A DNA stretch of 64,000 nt, taken from positions 5,817 to 69,816 of the forward strand of contig JAJYGC010000020.1 of assembly GCA_021785195.1 (NCBI GenBank), written 5' to 3'. Shown here one piece after another: positions 7,685-17,321 of the stretch. The notes below the pieces were generated by a model. It was not told the origin of the DNA, searched no databases, and saw only the letters and a program-made list of their open reading frames with translations. Source of the DNA: Nitrospirota bacterium. GTDB taxonomy: Bacteria > Nitrospirota > Leptospirillia > Leptospirillales > Leptospirillaceae. The position numbers and the translations under genes are program-made. Numbering within the stretch: position 1 is the first letter of the stretch; every line of letters begins with the position of its first letter.

Positions 7685-10408
7685 ATGAATCCCGGGATCT
7701 CCGGATTTTCCGGTTTGAGGAGGGCTTATGCCCTGACCGGACCTTTTTTTCTGGAGATGGTTGCATGGGGAGCCATCATCCTTCTTTCACTGGCCTTCTC
7801 CTTCCATTTCAGTCGTGATGCCCATCGTGCCGATTTCCGGATCCGGTCTCTCTCCCGGATTTCAGACAACCTGACCTCCCTGACCCGTACCATCGAATTG
7901 TCGGCACATGAACGGATTGGAACCCCTGGTCTTCTGGACAACCGCTCGAGAAGCGCCATGGAAGGACTGTACCGGAACGAAATTTCATCCTTCAGAAAGA
8001 CACTGGATCACCCAGAATCACTTTCTCCCCAGGCCAGGGGATTGTTTGACATGATTGAACGCCGCGCAATCCCCATTCATCAGGAACTGCTGGATGCAGC
8101 GGGCCCAGAGGAGGTTTTGTCCGTCATCTCCAAATCCCTTCCCAGGCTGACCTTTCCATTGCTGAATCTATCCTATGACATCAATGGAGAAATTCATCTG
8201 GCCAGTATCGCCAGGGAAGAAATGAACCAGAAAAAACAGGATTGGATTCTGGCCGGGATGGTGACCCTTGTCCTGTTCCTTTTACGGGTCTTCATGTACT
8301 TCCTGGGGAGTCGTCGGAAGGAGGAAGTGTACCTCCGCTGGGCCTTTGAAAAAACCTCCGATATGGTGGCCCTTCTTGATTCGGAAGGCCGGTTCATTGA
8401 CGTCAATCCATCTTTCTCCGAGTTTTCCCCTTCAATTTCAGGCAATCTGATCGGTCAAACCATTTTCGGGCTCGCTTCAGGCCACACTGTGTTCCAGATC
8501 ATGGTTGAACAGTGGGGCAGCCTCGATGCGCGGGACCATGAACTTTTTCGCCGGGACATCGTCCTTTCGAACAGGGAGGGAGTAGAGCATTGCTTTTCCT
8601 CGATCCTGACCCCGGTCAAGGATGGGAAGTCGGAGATCCGGACTTATGAGTGGCGTGCCACGGATCTGACGGTCCAAAAGAAAATTGAAGGTGAAATCGA
8701 TTCCCAACGGGAGTGGTTCAAAACCACCCTGAACTCCATTGGAGACGGTGTCATCGCGACGGACACCAAGGGAGCGATCATTTTCATGAACCGGGTTTCG
8801 CAAGGGTTGATCGGAGTGAGTGAAGAGGAGGTAACCGGTCGCCCGGTCGCCGAAGTGTTCCGGGTTGTCAATGAGAAGACCCTTAGACCCGCTCCCATTC
8901 CTCTGGAAAGGGTCCTCTCGGGTTTCACGATTTCCGGAAGGAACATCTCGACGGGCCTGGTCCTGAAGAATGGTTCTCTGGTTTCGATATCCGATTCTGC
9001 GGCTCCGATCCGCAACCGTCATGGGGAGATCATTGGGGTCATCTTCGTATTCCAGGAAGTCACCGAGCGCAAAAAAGCCCAGAAAGCCCTCTGGAACATG
9101 ACCTACCACGACCATCTGACCGGTCTTCCGAACGATCTTCTTTTCAGGGAACGATTATCCCAGAGGATTTCCGAAGCCCGGGCCCGCCGCCAGAAGATTG
9201 CGGTTTTGGTCATGGATGTGGACCATTTCAAGAAAATCAACGATGTTTTTGGACATACGAAGGGGAACGAGCTTCTTCAGGCACTTTCTTGTGACCTGGA
9301 ATCTCAGGTCAAGACGGATAACACGTTGACCCGGCTTGGAGGGGACGAGTTCCTGATCTTTCAGCCTGAATTCGAGGATCTCTCTGGTGTGACAGAATTG
9401 GCCAACCGGATCCTCGAGTCGGTCAGAAAACCTGTGGTTGTGGGGGATCATGTCTTTAACCTCTCGGTATCCATCGGCATTTCGGTCTTTCCGGACGATG
9501 GGGAAACCCCGGATGAGCTGATCAAAAATGCCGATGCGGCCATGAATAGCGTCAAGGATCACGGAAGGAACGATTTCCGGTTCTATTCCCTGGAAATGAA
9601 TGCCAATGCCATTCTGGAGATCCAGATGAAAGACGATCTGGTGAATGCCATCGAAAACGACCGTCTTTTCCTGTTGTATCAGCCGAAAGTGGATGGACGC
9701 AGTGGAACCGTGGTGGGAGTGGAAGCCCTGGTCCGATGGGAAAGTGAAAAGCGGGGATTCATGTTGCCCAAGGATTTTATCTCCATTGCCGAAGAACATG
9801 GAATTCTTCCGGTTCTTGGGGAGTGGGTCCTTCGGAAAGCATTGCAGGATGGACGCAAATGGCAAGAAGGGAACCAACCGTTGCCCGTATCGGTCAATGT
9901 TTCTATCCGGCAGCTGATCCAGAAGGATTTTTGCAATCGCGTCCTGGCACTTCTGGAGGAAACGGGGTTCGATCCCAGATACCTTGTCCTGGAGGTCACG
10001 GAAAGTGTTTTCGCCCGAGAATTTCCGGAAATCCAGGAAAAACTCCTGTTCCTGTGTGGTCATGGAATCCGGATTTCGCTCGACGACTTTGGAACGGGTT
10101 ATGCCTCTTTGTCCTATTTGTCGCGATTTCCGATCCAGGAGATCAAGATTGACAAATCCTTCATTGCCCGGATGGTTTCTGACCCGAGAGAGGCCGAAGT
10201 GGTGAAGGCCGTTCTCTCGTTTGGAAAAGCCCTGGATCTATCGATTGTGGCAGAGGGGGTGGAGAATCTGGAGCAGGTCATTTTCCTGCTTCAGAATGAG
10301 TGCCCTTTGATGCAGGGGTTCTATTTCAGTCGCGGGCTTCCTTTCGAAGAGATTACCTCCCTCACCCGGGGAAAGGTTTTTTCGGAAAGACTGACGGAAA
10401 TGTACTGA
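7685..10408 (+). CDS. Membrane-anchored PAS/PAC - GGDEF - EAL signalling protein (c-di-GMP turnover)
   Basis: N-terminal TM segments, PAS-like regions, RLGGDEFLIF (GGDEF), EALVRWE (EAL) and DDFGTGYASLSYL. The start is uncertain: ATG 7685 is chosen here, and the ORF track gives GTG 7559. Confidence 0.88.
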   Translation: MNPGISGFSGLRRAYALTGPFFLEMVAWGAIILLSLAFSFHFSRDAHRADFRIRSLSRISDNLTSLTRTIELSAHERIGTPGLLDNRSRSAMEGLYRNEISSFRKTLDHPESLSPQARGLFDMIERRAIPIHQELLDAAGPEEVLSVISKSLPRLTFPLLNLSYDINGEIHLASIAREEMNQKKQDWILAGMVTLVLFLLRVFMYFLGSRRKEEVYLRWAFEKTSDMVALLDSEGRFIDVNPSFSEFSPSISGNLIGQTIFGLASGHTVFQIMVEQWGSLDARDHELFRRDIVLSNREGVEHCFSSILTPVKDGKSEIRTYEWRATDLTVQKKIEGEIDSQREWFKTTLNSIGDGVIATDTKGAIIFMNRVSQGLIGVSEEEVTGRPVAEVFRVVNEKTLRPAPIPLERVLSGFTISGRNISTGLVLKNGSLVSISDSAAPIRNRHGEIIGVIFVFQEVTERKKAQKALWNMTYHDHLTGLPNDLLFRERLSQRISEARARRQKIAVLVMDVDHFKKINDVFGHTKGNELLQALSCDLESQVKTDNTLTRLGGDEFLIFQPEFEDLSGVTELANRILESVRKPVVVGDHVFNLSVSIGISVFPDDGETPDELIKNADAAMNSVKDHGRNDFRFYSLEMNANAILEIQMKDDLVNAIENDRLFLLYQPKVDGRSGTVVGVEALVRWESEKRGFMLPKDFISIAEEHGILPVLGEWVLRKALQDGRKWQEGNQPLPVSVNVSIRQLIQKDFCNRVLALLEETGFDPRYLVLEVTESVFAREFPEIQEKLLFLCGHGIRISLDDFGTGYASLSYLSRFPIQEIKIDKSFIARMVSDPREAEVVKAVLSFGKALDLSIVAEGVENLEQVIFLLQNECPLMQGFYFSRGLPFEEITSLTRGKVFSERLTEMY

Positions 10409-11263
10409 TTGCCTTTTTGATCCCACGAGGATGCCCTCCTCTGGCATTTCCTCCGCTTCGTCCTGGCGTTCCTCCGGTTCGGACAGGGGCCAATCTCCTC
10501 CAGATTGGCCGGCGTTCTCTTTCCACGACACGATTTCCATTCTTCCATCATCATGTTCCACTAGGGCGGTGCAACTTTCGACCCAGTCCCCGTCGTTGTA
10601 GTAATCGATGTCGGAGTAGGTCCTGATGGCCGCTTTGTGAATATGGCCGCAGACGACTCCGTCGAGACCCTGAAGATGGACGTCCCGTGCGACCAGGGAT
10701 TCAAAGTCCTCAATATAGTTCAGGACAGATTTGACTGAATGTTTCACGGTCTGGCTGAGTGACCAGTTTGACCGGATTCCGATTAAATTGAAGACGCCCT
10801 GCAGGGCCCTGTTGGTTTGGAGGAGGAGGTCGTATCCCCTGTCTCCGAGATGGATGAGGAGCGGCGCATATCGAATCAACCCGTCGTATTGGTCACCATG
10901 GAGGACCAAAAGATTTTTCCCGGCCCGGGTAGTGTGGATGGCCTGCCTGGTCAGTGAAATGTTGCCGAATGTCGGGACATCCGTATCGAGAAAGGCATTC
11001 AGGGTTTCGAGGATGGGGTCGTGATTTCCCTGTATGTAGACAACCCGGGTTCCGGAACGCGCCTTCCTCAGAATTTTCTGAATCACCGTGTTGTGGCTCG
11101 CCGGCCAGTACCAGGAACGTTTCATTCCCCAGAAATCGATGATGTCACCCACCAGAAACAATGTTTCGGAGTCATTGTTCTTCAGGAACTCAAGGAGTCG
11201 GTCGGCCTGGCATCCTTTGGTTCCCAGGTGGATGTCCGAAATCCAGATTGTCCGATATTTCAT
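10238..11263 (-). CDS. LpxH-family calcineurin-like metallophosphoesterase (UDP-2,3-diacylglucosamine diphosphatase-like) with ~70-aa C-terminal tail
   Basis: Motifs WISDIHLG, LVGDIIDFW, IQGNHD, LHGDQ and CGHIH. The ATG at 11263 overlaps the upstream gene's stop as TGATG. The tail runs antisense into the EAL gene. Confidence 0.8.
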   Translation of the reverse strand: MKYRTIWISDIHLGTKGCQADRLLEFLKNNDSETLFLVGDIIDFWGMKRSWYWPASHNTVIQKILRKARSGTRVVYIQGNHDPILETLNAFLDTDVPTFGNISLTRQAIHTTRAGKNLLVLHGDQYDGLIRYAPLLIHLGDRGYDLLLQTNRALQGVFNLIGIRSNWSLSQTVKHSVKSVLNYIEDFESLVARDVHLQGLDGVVCGHIHKAAIRTYSDIDYYNDGDWVESCTALVEHDDGRMEIVSWKENAGQSGGDWPLSEPEERQDEAEEMPEEGILVGSKRQSVHFRQSFRKNLSPGEGGNLFERKPATEIEPLHQRALILKQENDLLQILHPLCHNR

Positions 11264-12411
11264 CAGTATTCTCCTTGTTTCCGATCCATCCCGATGAGCG
11301 TTTCGGCGATCAGGGTGGCCGCCTGGGGTCTGGAGACCCGGCGGCACTCCTGGACCATGTTCTCCCGTCTTGCGGGATCGTTCAGCAGGTCTCTCGCCAA
11401 TTCATAAACCTGGGTGTGATCCAGAACTCGGATGGCTGTCCCGTTTCTGACAAGGTATTCTGCGTTTCTCCTTTCCTGTCCTCCATGAGGGCTCATCAGG
11501 ATCATCGGCCGTTCCTTGGCCAGAACCTCGCTTGTCGTAAGCCCACCCGGCTTTGTGACGACAAGATCTGCCGCATCCATCAGTTCGTCCATGTTTCTGA
11601 CAAAACCCCGAACCGTTACCGGAATGGAAAAGCCACTGGAAAGGGCCTGGAGCTTTTTTTCAAGGGCAGCATTGTGTCCTGCCACGACGATGACGGAACA
11701 AGGAATGGACGAACGGGCAAACGATTGAAGGGTCTTGGTCAAAGGCCCGACACCGAACCCCCCGGACAGGATCAGGATCGTCGGACAATCGGGAAGGCCG
11801 AGTCGCTGGCGGGCCTCGGCCGGAGAACAATTTCTGGAGAACACGGGGTTGATCGGGATTCCGGCGATCTGGATCTTGTGGGGGGAAACCCCTTGGCTTT
11901 CAAGCTCCGAGGCAGATTCCTGATTGGGCACGATGTATCGATCGACATGAGGGTGGATCCAGAAGCCATGGGGGTACAAGTCAGTCAACACGGCCACAAT
12001 GGGGACCTTTGGCCCTGTTCCGGAAGGATGGGAGGACAGGAGTTCAAGTGGGAGAAAATGGGTGCAGGCGATGACCGACGGAGAAAGCCATTGGAGTGTT
12101 TTCATGAATCCCGGTGACTGGGAGCGTCCCAGGGAGAGTCGAAGCCTGTAGGATAAACTGTTGTCGGGGGGATGGTCCGTCCGGTTGTAGAGGGTGTCGA
12201 GGAGTTTGGGGTGGCGGTGTGCCAGTGCAAGATAGCCTTTCCGGTAGATTTTCCGGAATGGGGTGGTCATGAGGTCCAGTGTATCGATCGGGTCGGGTGT
12301 GGGGTATCCTTCGAGGAGGAGGGCTTTGTGTATCGCTTCAGCGGCTTTCTGATGTCCTTGGCCTGTCGTTGCATGAAAGAGGGCAATCATCCACTCCTCC
12401 GCTTGCATCAT
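11263..12411 (-). CDS. GT28-family glycosyltransferase (MGDG synthase / MurG-like fold)
   Basis: N-terminal TGQGHQKAAEAI and C-terminal DLVVTKPGGLTTSEVLA are typical of the monogalactosyldiacylglycerol-synthase family. Confidence 0.75.
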   Translation of the reverse strand: MMQAEEWMIALFHATTGQGHQKAAEAIHKALLLEGYPTPDPIDTLDLMTTPFRKIYRKGYLALAHRHPKLLDTLYNRTDHPPDNSLSYRLRLSLGRSQSPGFMKTLQWLSPSVIACTHFLPLELLSSHPSGTGPKVPIVAVLTDLYPHGFWIHPHVDRYIVPNQESASELESQGVSPHKIQIAGIPINPVFSRNCSPAEARQRLGLPDCPTILILSGGFGVGPLTKTLQSFARSSIPCSVIVVAGHNAALEKKLQALSSGFSIPVTVRGFVRNMDELMDAADLVVTKPGGLTTSEVLAKERPMILMSPHGGQERRNAEYLVRNGTAIRVLDHTQVYELARDLLNDPARRENMVQECRRVSRPQAATLIAETLIGMDRKQGEY

Positions 12412-12532
12412 TTTTCTGACGGTTGGTTAAGGCGTTCGTGGTACGTTCTTGATCTTCAGGGTGATGGGTCCAGATGACGGGAGAGTCAAGATAATGTCCA
12501 GAAATTGATAGGTTCGGCGAAAGGATGATTTG

Positions 12533-13402
12533 ATGCAGGTTGAAAATCCGGAACGGAAATTCTCCGGAGCCAGTCGATCCGGCCGAAGGCTGTCAGTCTT
12601 GCTCATGAAACGGTATCGGATCATGCGGGAGGCGAAATTGTCATTTGATCGGTTTCCGGCCGACCCGGAATCGTTGCATCTGGTGAGGACGTCGATCAGA
12701 AAACTCCGCTCCGTCCTTAAATTCCTGGCCCCTCTGGTGCCACCCTCCGACGGGAGGATGAAAAAATTCCGGGAGGAGCTGAAACTCTCCTACCGTGCAT
12801 TGGGAGAAACCCGGGAATGGGATGTATTGAGGGTTCAATGGGATCTTCTCCGGCATGCTCTCCCTGGTCCCTGGAACGAAGAGGAGTTTCCATTTAACCC
12901 CTCAGGGGATCGCCAACGGGTTCTTTCCGAACATCCTGTTCTGGAGAAAGAGATCCCGTTTGATGAGGTGATTGTGGGGATCAGGAACCCCATGCATCCC
13001 ATCAGGCCTTTTGTCAGAGAACGACTTGAGCGATGGGATAGACGGATCGTCGAACGCATGAGCATGTGGAATTCCCTCGACCTTGCCGGACGCCACCGTT
13101 TGAGGATCGATGTCAAGAATCTTTCAGAGGTTTTCGATGTCGTTGGCCTATTGTGGCCTCACAGGGTGGTCCCGGATTTTCGCCGGTTGCTCGGAGAGGC
13201 CCGGAGTCTGCTGGGAGGGATTCATGACCGGGATCGCGCTGTTGCCCTCTTGACTCCCTTTCTTGACTCTCCGAAACCCAATCTCTGCCGGGCGGCAGGA
13301 ATGCTTCTGGGAGGGTACATACTTCGGGGAAAGTCCCTCGAAGAAAAGTTCCGGAAGGTCAGGCGCAGGTACAGGGCCCTTCGGCGGCCGTGGCAATCCT
13401 GA
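12533..13402 (+). CDS. CHAD domain protein
   Basis: Repeated H-x3-R-x3-K-x-L-R-type helices (LHLVRTSIRKLRSVLKF, RHRLRIDVKNLSEVFD). ATG 12533 lies 7 nt after AAAGGA. Confidence 0.7.
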   Translation: MQVENPERKFSGASRSGRRLSVLLMKRYRIMREAKLSFDRFPADPESLHLVRTSIRKLRSVLKFLAPLVPPSDGRMKKFREELKLSYRALGETREWDVLRVQWDLLRHALPGPWNEEEFPFNPSGDRQRVLSEHPVLEKEIPFDEVIVGIRNPMHPIRPFVRERLERWDRRIVERMSMWNSLDLAGRHRLRIDVKNLSEVFDVVGLLWPHRVVPDFRRLLGEARSLLGGIHDRDRAVALLTPFLDSPKPNLCRAAGMLLGGYILRGKSLEEKFRKVRRRYRALRRPWQS

Positions 13403-13414
13403 TGGGGGGACGGA

Positions 13415-14287
13415 TCATCCGTTCCGCCGATGTCGATCGGCAAGGGTAAATGTGGCAGCGCTTCGCACGACGGGATGTTCGTCCTTGTGAAGGATTTCAA
13501 GGATTCCGTCGGGAAGCGCATCGTTCCATGCCAGGGATTCACGGACCCAGGGAGAGGGATCGGCCAGAAGCGTCCGGGCGATGTCCTCGGACAGGGAGAC
13601 GTTCTTGGCCACGACCGAACGGATCACTTCCTTTGAGTCCCGGCTCAGGCATTGAAAGGCCTCTTCCGGGAGAAACGGATTCTGTGCGGCGACCTCCCGG
13701 ACCAGCGGGTCCGGATCCATGGAGAGCGTCAGCAGGGCATCGGGAGGGGTGGCCGGGTGACCGGCCACGGTTTCGCGAACCCACCGGTCCAGACTTGCCG
13801 AAAGGTCTCTCAGCGTTTCGGGGGAGGAATTCGGCCCGACAAAACCCAGTTCGATCTCTTCACCTCCCTGAGGCGGCCGGGGCGGTGAGGGGGTTTTGGA
13901 CTGGATCAGTTCGACCTCGTACCCTTCTGGCGCGTCAATGAAGGCGAAGATGCTGTGTCCGGAGTGGGTCGGGCCATCGGTGACCGGTACATTGAGGCTG
14001 GACAGGCGGGAAAGGGCCTCGTCCATGTTGTCCACCTCAAAGGCCAGGTGGACCAGATCCGGCGGAACGACCACCGAACCCGAAGCCGGGTATTCGGTGA
14101 TCTCGATCTCTTCCTCCGAACCGGGAACCCGGAGGAAGGCTATCCGGGATCCCCTCGGTGAGACGGAACTTCGGGACAGCTTGAGTCCCAGTACATCCTT
14201 GTAGAACCGGACGGTCCGGTCCAGATCGTTGACCCGCATTCTGGTATGGAGAAGTTTCCTCACCAGGGGTTTGTCAGATCCAGTCAT
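13415..14287 (-). CDS. Glyoxalase/VOC domain fused to leucine-rich-variant (LRV/HEAT-like) repeats
   Basis: The N-terminal part, LLHTRMRVNDLDRTVRFYKDVLGL...HLAFEVDNMDEA...GYEVELIQ, is VOC-like. The C-terminal part holds about five ~25-aa repeats of the form D-P-x-P-x-VRE-x-VA-x-N-P. Confidence 0.75.
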   Translation of the reverse strand: MTGSDKPLVRKLLHTRMRVNDLDRTVRFYKDVLGLKLSRSSVSPRGSRIAFLRVPGSEEEIEITEYPASGSVVVPPDLVHLAFEVDNMDEALSRLSSLNVPVTDGPTHSGHSIFAFIDAPEGYEVELIQSKTPSPPRPPQGGEEIELGFVGPNSSPETLRDLSASLDRWVRETVAGHPATPPDALLTLSMDPDPLVREVAAQNPFLPEEAFQCLSRDSKEVIRSVVAKNVSLSEDIARTLLADPSPWVRESLAWNDALPDGILEILHKDEHPVVRSAATFTLADRHRRNG

Positions 14288-14304
14288 CGTATTTTCGCCT
14301 TTCC

Positions 14305-16203
14305 TCAGTCTTCGAGTGTAGAGGTGTCCCCTTCCGGAAGTCCCAATTCCCTGGCCTTCAGGACCCTGCGCATGATTTTTCCGCTGCGGGTCTTTGGAAG
14401 CCAGTCGGTGATCTCCACTTCGTCAGGCTGGGCAATGGCCCCAAGTTCCGTCCTGACATGGTTTTTGATCTGTTTTTTCAGTTTCTCCATGGACTCTGCA
14501 TTCACGCCTTTTCTCAGGATGACAAAGGCCTTGATGCTTTCTCCCTTGAGCGGGTCCGGTTTTCCGATGACGGCGGCTTCTGCCACCGCCGGATGTGAGA
14601 CCAGGGCACTTTCCACTTCTGCCGTCCCGAGCCGATGGCCGGCGACCTTGATGACATCGTCCACCCGTCCGATCAGGAAAAAATGTCCCTTTTCATCCCG
14701 TTTGGCAGAGTCTCCCGAAAAGTAGACTCCCGGAATCTCCGTCCAGTACTTCAGGTAGCGTTCCGGATCCTTGAAGACCGTTCGAAACATGGATGGCCAT
14801 GGTTTTCGGATAATGACGAGTCCGCTCTCTCCGGGAGGCACGGGGTTTCCGGCCCGGTCCACGACGTCGGCCACGACCCCGGGAAACGGCAGGGTGGCGG
14901 AACCGGGGATCAGCGTGGTGGAGGGAAGCGGGGTGATCATGTGCATTCCGGTTTCTGTCTGCCACCATGTGTCCATGATGGGGAGCTTTCCGCCCGTGAC
15001 TTCACGGAACCAAACCCAGGCCTCCGGGTTGATGGGTTCACCGACAGATCCCAAAAGCCGAAGGGAGGACAAGTCGTATTGTGAGGGCCATTCTTTCCCG
15101 TGGCGCATCTGGAGTCGGACGGCCGTCGGTGTCGAGTAGAAGATCGAGACCCGGTATTTTTCGATGAGGCTCCACCATCGGCCGGCATTGGGCCAGTCCG
15201 GTGTTCCTTCGGCCAGGAGGACGGTCGCCCGGTTCAGGAGAGGGCCGTACACGATATAACTGTGACCGGTGATCCATCCCGGATCGGCGACACAAAAATA
15301 GACATCCTCGTCCTTGATGTCGAAAACCCACCGGGTGGTCAGATAGGTCCCGACCATGTACCCGCTCTGGACATGGACGATTCCTTTGGGTTTTCCGGTC
15401 GTCCCGGAGGTGTAGAGGATGAAGAGCGGATCGTCGGACCCGACAGGGATGGCGGGAAACTGTCCCAATTCCTTATGCCGTTCCAATAATTCGTCAAAGG
15501 CGATCTCGCCCGGTTCGGGCACGAAGTCGGGATTCTTGCGGCGGACGATGAGGGTATGTTCGATCGATCCGATTTTCCGGCGCGCCCCACGGGCGGTATC
15601 CAGGAGAGGGACTTCCTTCCCTCTCCGGAATGCGGCGTCCGCCGTGATCAAAAGGCGGGGTTCGGCGTCTTCCATCCGGCTTTCCAGTGCGGATTGGGAG
15701 AACCCGGAAAAAACGACCGAATGGACCAGACCCATCCGGGCGCAGGCCAGCATGGAGATGACTTGTTCTGGAGTCGGCGGCAGGAAGATGGTGACCCTGT
15801 CCCCTTTTTGGAGCCCCAGTTCCCGGAGTCCATGGCAAAGTTTCTGGACTGATTCCAGCAATTGCCCATAAGTGAAGCGCCGTTCTTCTCCCCCGTCCCC
15901 GACCCAGATCAGGGCGACTTTTTCCGAATGGCCCGAGGTGATGTGCCGATCCAGCGCATTGTAGGCGATGTTGGTGGTTCCCCCGGGAAACCATCGTCCT
16001 GTAAAGGTCTTCGGATCCCAGTCCAGAACGGTGGACCAGGGTTCGAACCATTCGAGATCGGACGCAATCTTTCCCCAGAACGCATCGGGGTCCGAAAGCG
16101 ATTCCCGGTAGACGGCCGGGTAGTCCTTGACGGTGGCCTTGTCCAGGATTTCTTTTGCAGGGGGGTACAGAAGCTTGGGCTGAAGGTCTTGTCCGGGTTC
16201 CAT
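14305..16203 (-). CDS. acs: Acetyl-CoA synthetase
   Basis: DPDAFWGKIA, NIAYNALDRH, YTSGTTGKPKG and the C-terminal LPKTRSGKIMRR. The start was moved to ATG 16203, which has AAGGA 9 nt upstream. Confidence 0.92.
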   Translation of the reverse strand: MEPGQDLQPKLLYPPAKEILDKATVKDYPAVYRESLSDPDAFWGKIASDLEWFEPWSTVLDWDPKTFTGRWFPGGTTNIAYNALDRHITSGHSEKVALIWVGDGGEERRFTYGQLLESVQKLCHGLRELGLQKGDRVTIFLPPTPEQVISMLACARMGLVHSVVFSGFSQSALESRMEDAEPRLLITADAAFRRGKEVPLLDTARGARRKIGSIEHTLIVRRKNPDFVPEPGEIAFDELLERHKELGQFPAIPVGSDDPLFILYTSGTTGKPKGIVHVQSGYMVGTYLTTRWVFDIKDEDVYFCVADPGWITGHSYIVYGPLLNRATVLLAEGTPDWPNAGRWWSLIEKYRVSIFYSTPTAVRLQMRHGKEWPSQYDLSSLRLLGSVGEPINPEAWVWFREVTGGKLPIMDTWWQTETGMHMITPLPSTTLIPGSATLPFPGVVADVVDRAGNPVPPGESGLVIIRKPWPSMFRTVFKDPERYLKYWTEIPGVYFSGDSAKRDEKGHFFLIGRVDDVIKVAGHRLGTAEVESALVSHPAVAEAAVIGKPDPLKGESIKAFVILRKGVNAESMEKLKKQIKNHVRTELGAIAQPDEVEITDWLPKTRSGKIMRRVLKARELGLPEGDTSTLED

Positions 16204-16455
16204 GGGTCGGAGTCCTTGGGCTATGGGAATGGTTGTCTGGAACAGATTACCTTTTTCGGATTGTCCACATTGCTCCATTCTAATCCAAAAAAGGCAGGGA
16301 AACACCCCATATCGGAAAAATATTGACCGAATTTCCGTTCGGGTTTGGAGGCCCCGTTATTTTCGTCCTTGTTCATCCGGCCCAAAGACCTTTAAAATAA
16401 ACAAGTCGAGGAGTTGAAAGCTGAATCTACAGTTTGCAGATGAAGGGGTTGTGAA

Positions 16456-17277
16456 ATGACTGTCTTGGAAAAAGAAGGCCGGGAAGATGCTCTTGAAATA
16501 GCCGGGATTTCCTTTCGGTCCCGCTTGTGGGTCGGGACCGGGAAATACAAATCGTTCGAGGAAACCCGTGAAGCGATTGATGCTTCCGGGGCCGACGTGG
16601 TGACTGTTGCGGTCCGGAGGGTGAACATTCTGAAGAAGGACGAACCCAACCTTCTTGATCACCTTCCTCTGGACCGGTTCAAAATCCTCCCGAACACGGC
16701 GGGTTGCTACACGGTGGACGAAGCGCTCCGGTATGCCCGTCTGGCGAGGGCCGCCGGGATCTCCGACATGGTGAAGCTTGAGGTGATCGGCGACCAGAAA
16801 ACATTGTTTCCCGATGTGATCGGCCTGATCGAGGCCGCCAGGATCCTGGTGAAGGAAGGGTTCATCGTCTTTCCGTACACGAACGATGATCCCATCATTG
16901 CAAAAAAACTGGAAGACGTGGGGTGTCCCGCAGTCATGCCGTTGGCCGCCCCGATCGGCTCGGGACTCGGGATCCGGAATCCTTACAACATCCGGATCAT
17001 CCAGGAGACGGTGGGTGTTCCGGTCATTGTCGATGCAGGGGTCGGTACGGCCTCTGATGCCGCGGTGGCCATGGAGATGGGGTGTGCGGGTGTCCTGATG
17101 AATACCGCCATCGCCGAGGCGAGGAATCCCGTCCTGATGGCGAAGGCCATGAGGTGGGGGATTGATGCGGGAAGGGCCGCGTTTCTGGCCGGGAGGATGC
17201 CCAAAAAACTCTATGCCAACGCTTCCTCACCCCTTGACGGGATGCTTTCCGCTCCCTTTCCGGGAGGAGGATCCTGA
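16456..17277 (+). CDS. thiG: Thiazole synthase
   Basis: [19 protein letters not shown] and [12 protein letters not shown] motifs. Confidence 0.92.
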   Translation: MTVLEKEGREDALEIAGISFRSRLWVGTGKYKSFEETREAIDASGADVVTVAVRRVNILKKDEPNLLDHLPLDRFKILPNTAGCYTVDEALRYARLARAAGISDMVKLEVIGDQKTLFPDVIGLIEAARILVKEGFIVFPYTNDDPIIAKKLEDVGCPAVMPLAAPIGSGLGIRNPYNIRIIQETVGVPVIVDAGVGTASDAAVAMEMGCAGVLMNTAIAEARNPVLMAKAMRWGIDAGRAAFLAGRMPKKLYANASSPLDGMLSAPFPGGGS

Positions 17278-17321
17278 TCCGGGAGGGGGTAAAGCGGGGT
17301 CTGGACGGCTTCTTTCCGCTC

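Noticed and set aside
16306-16455. Possible TPP (THI-box) riboswitch upstream of thiG
   Set aside because: The conserved CUGAGA and ACCUGA/GGGA core elements are absent on the plus strand; only a GCTGAATC lookalike is present.
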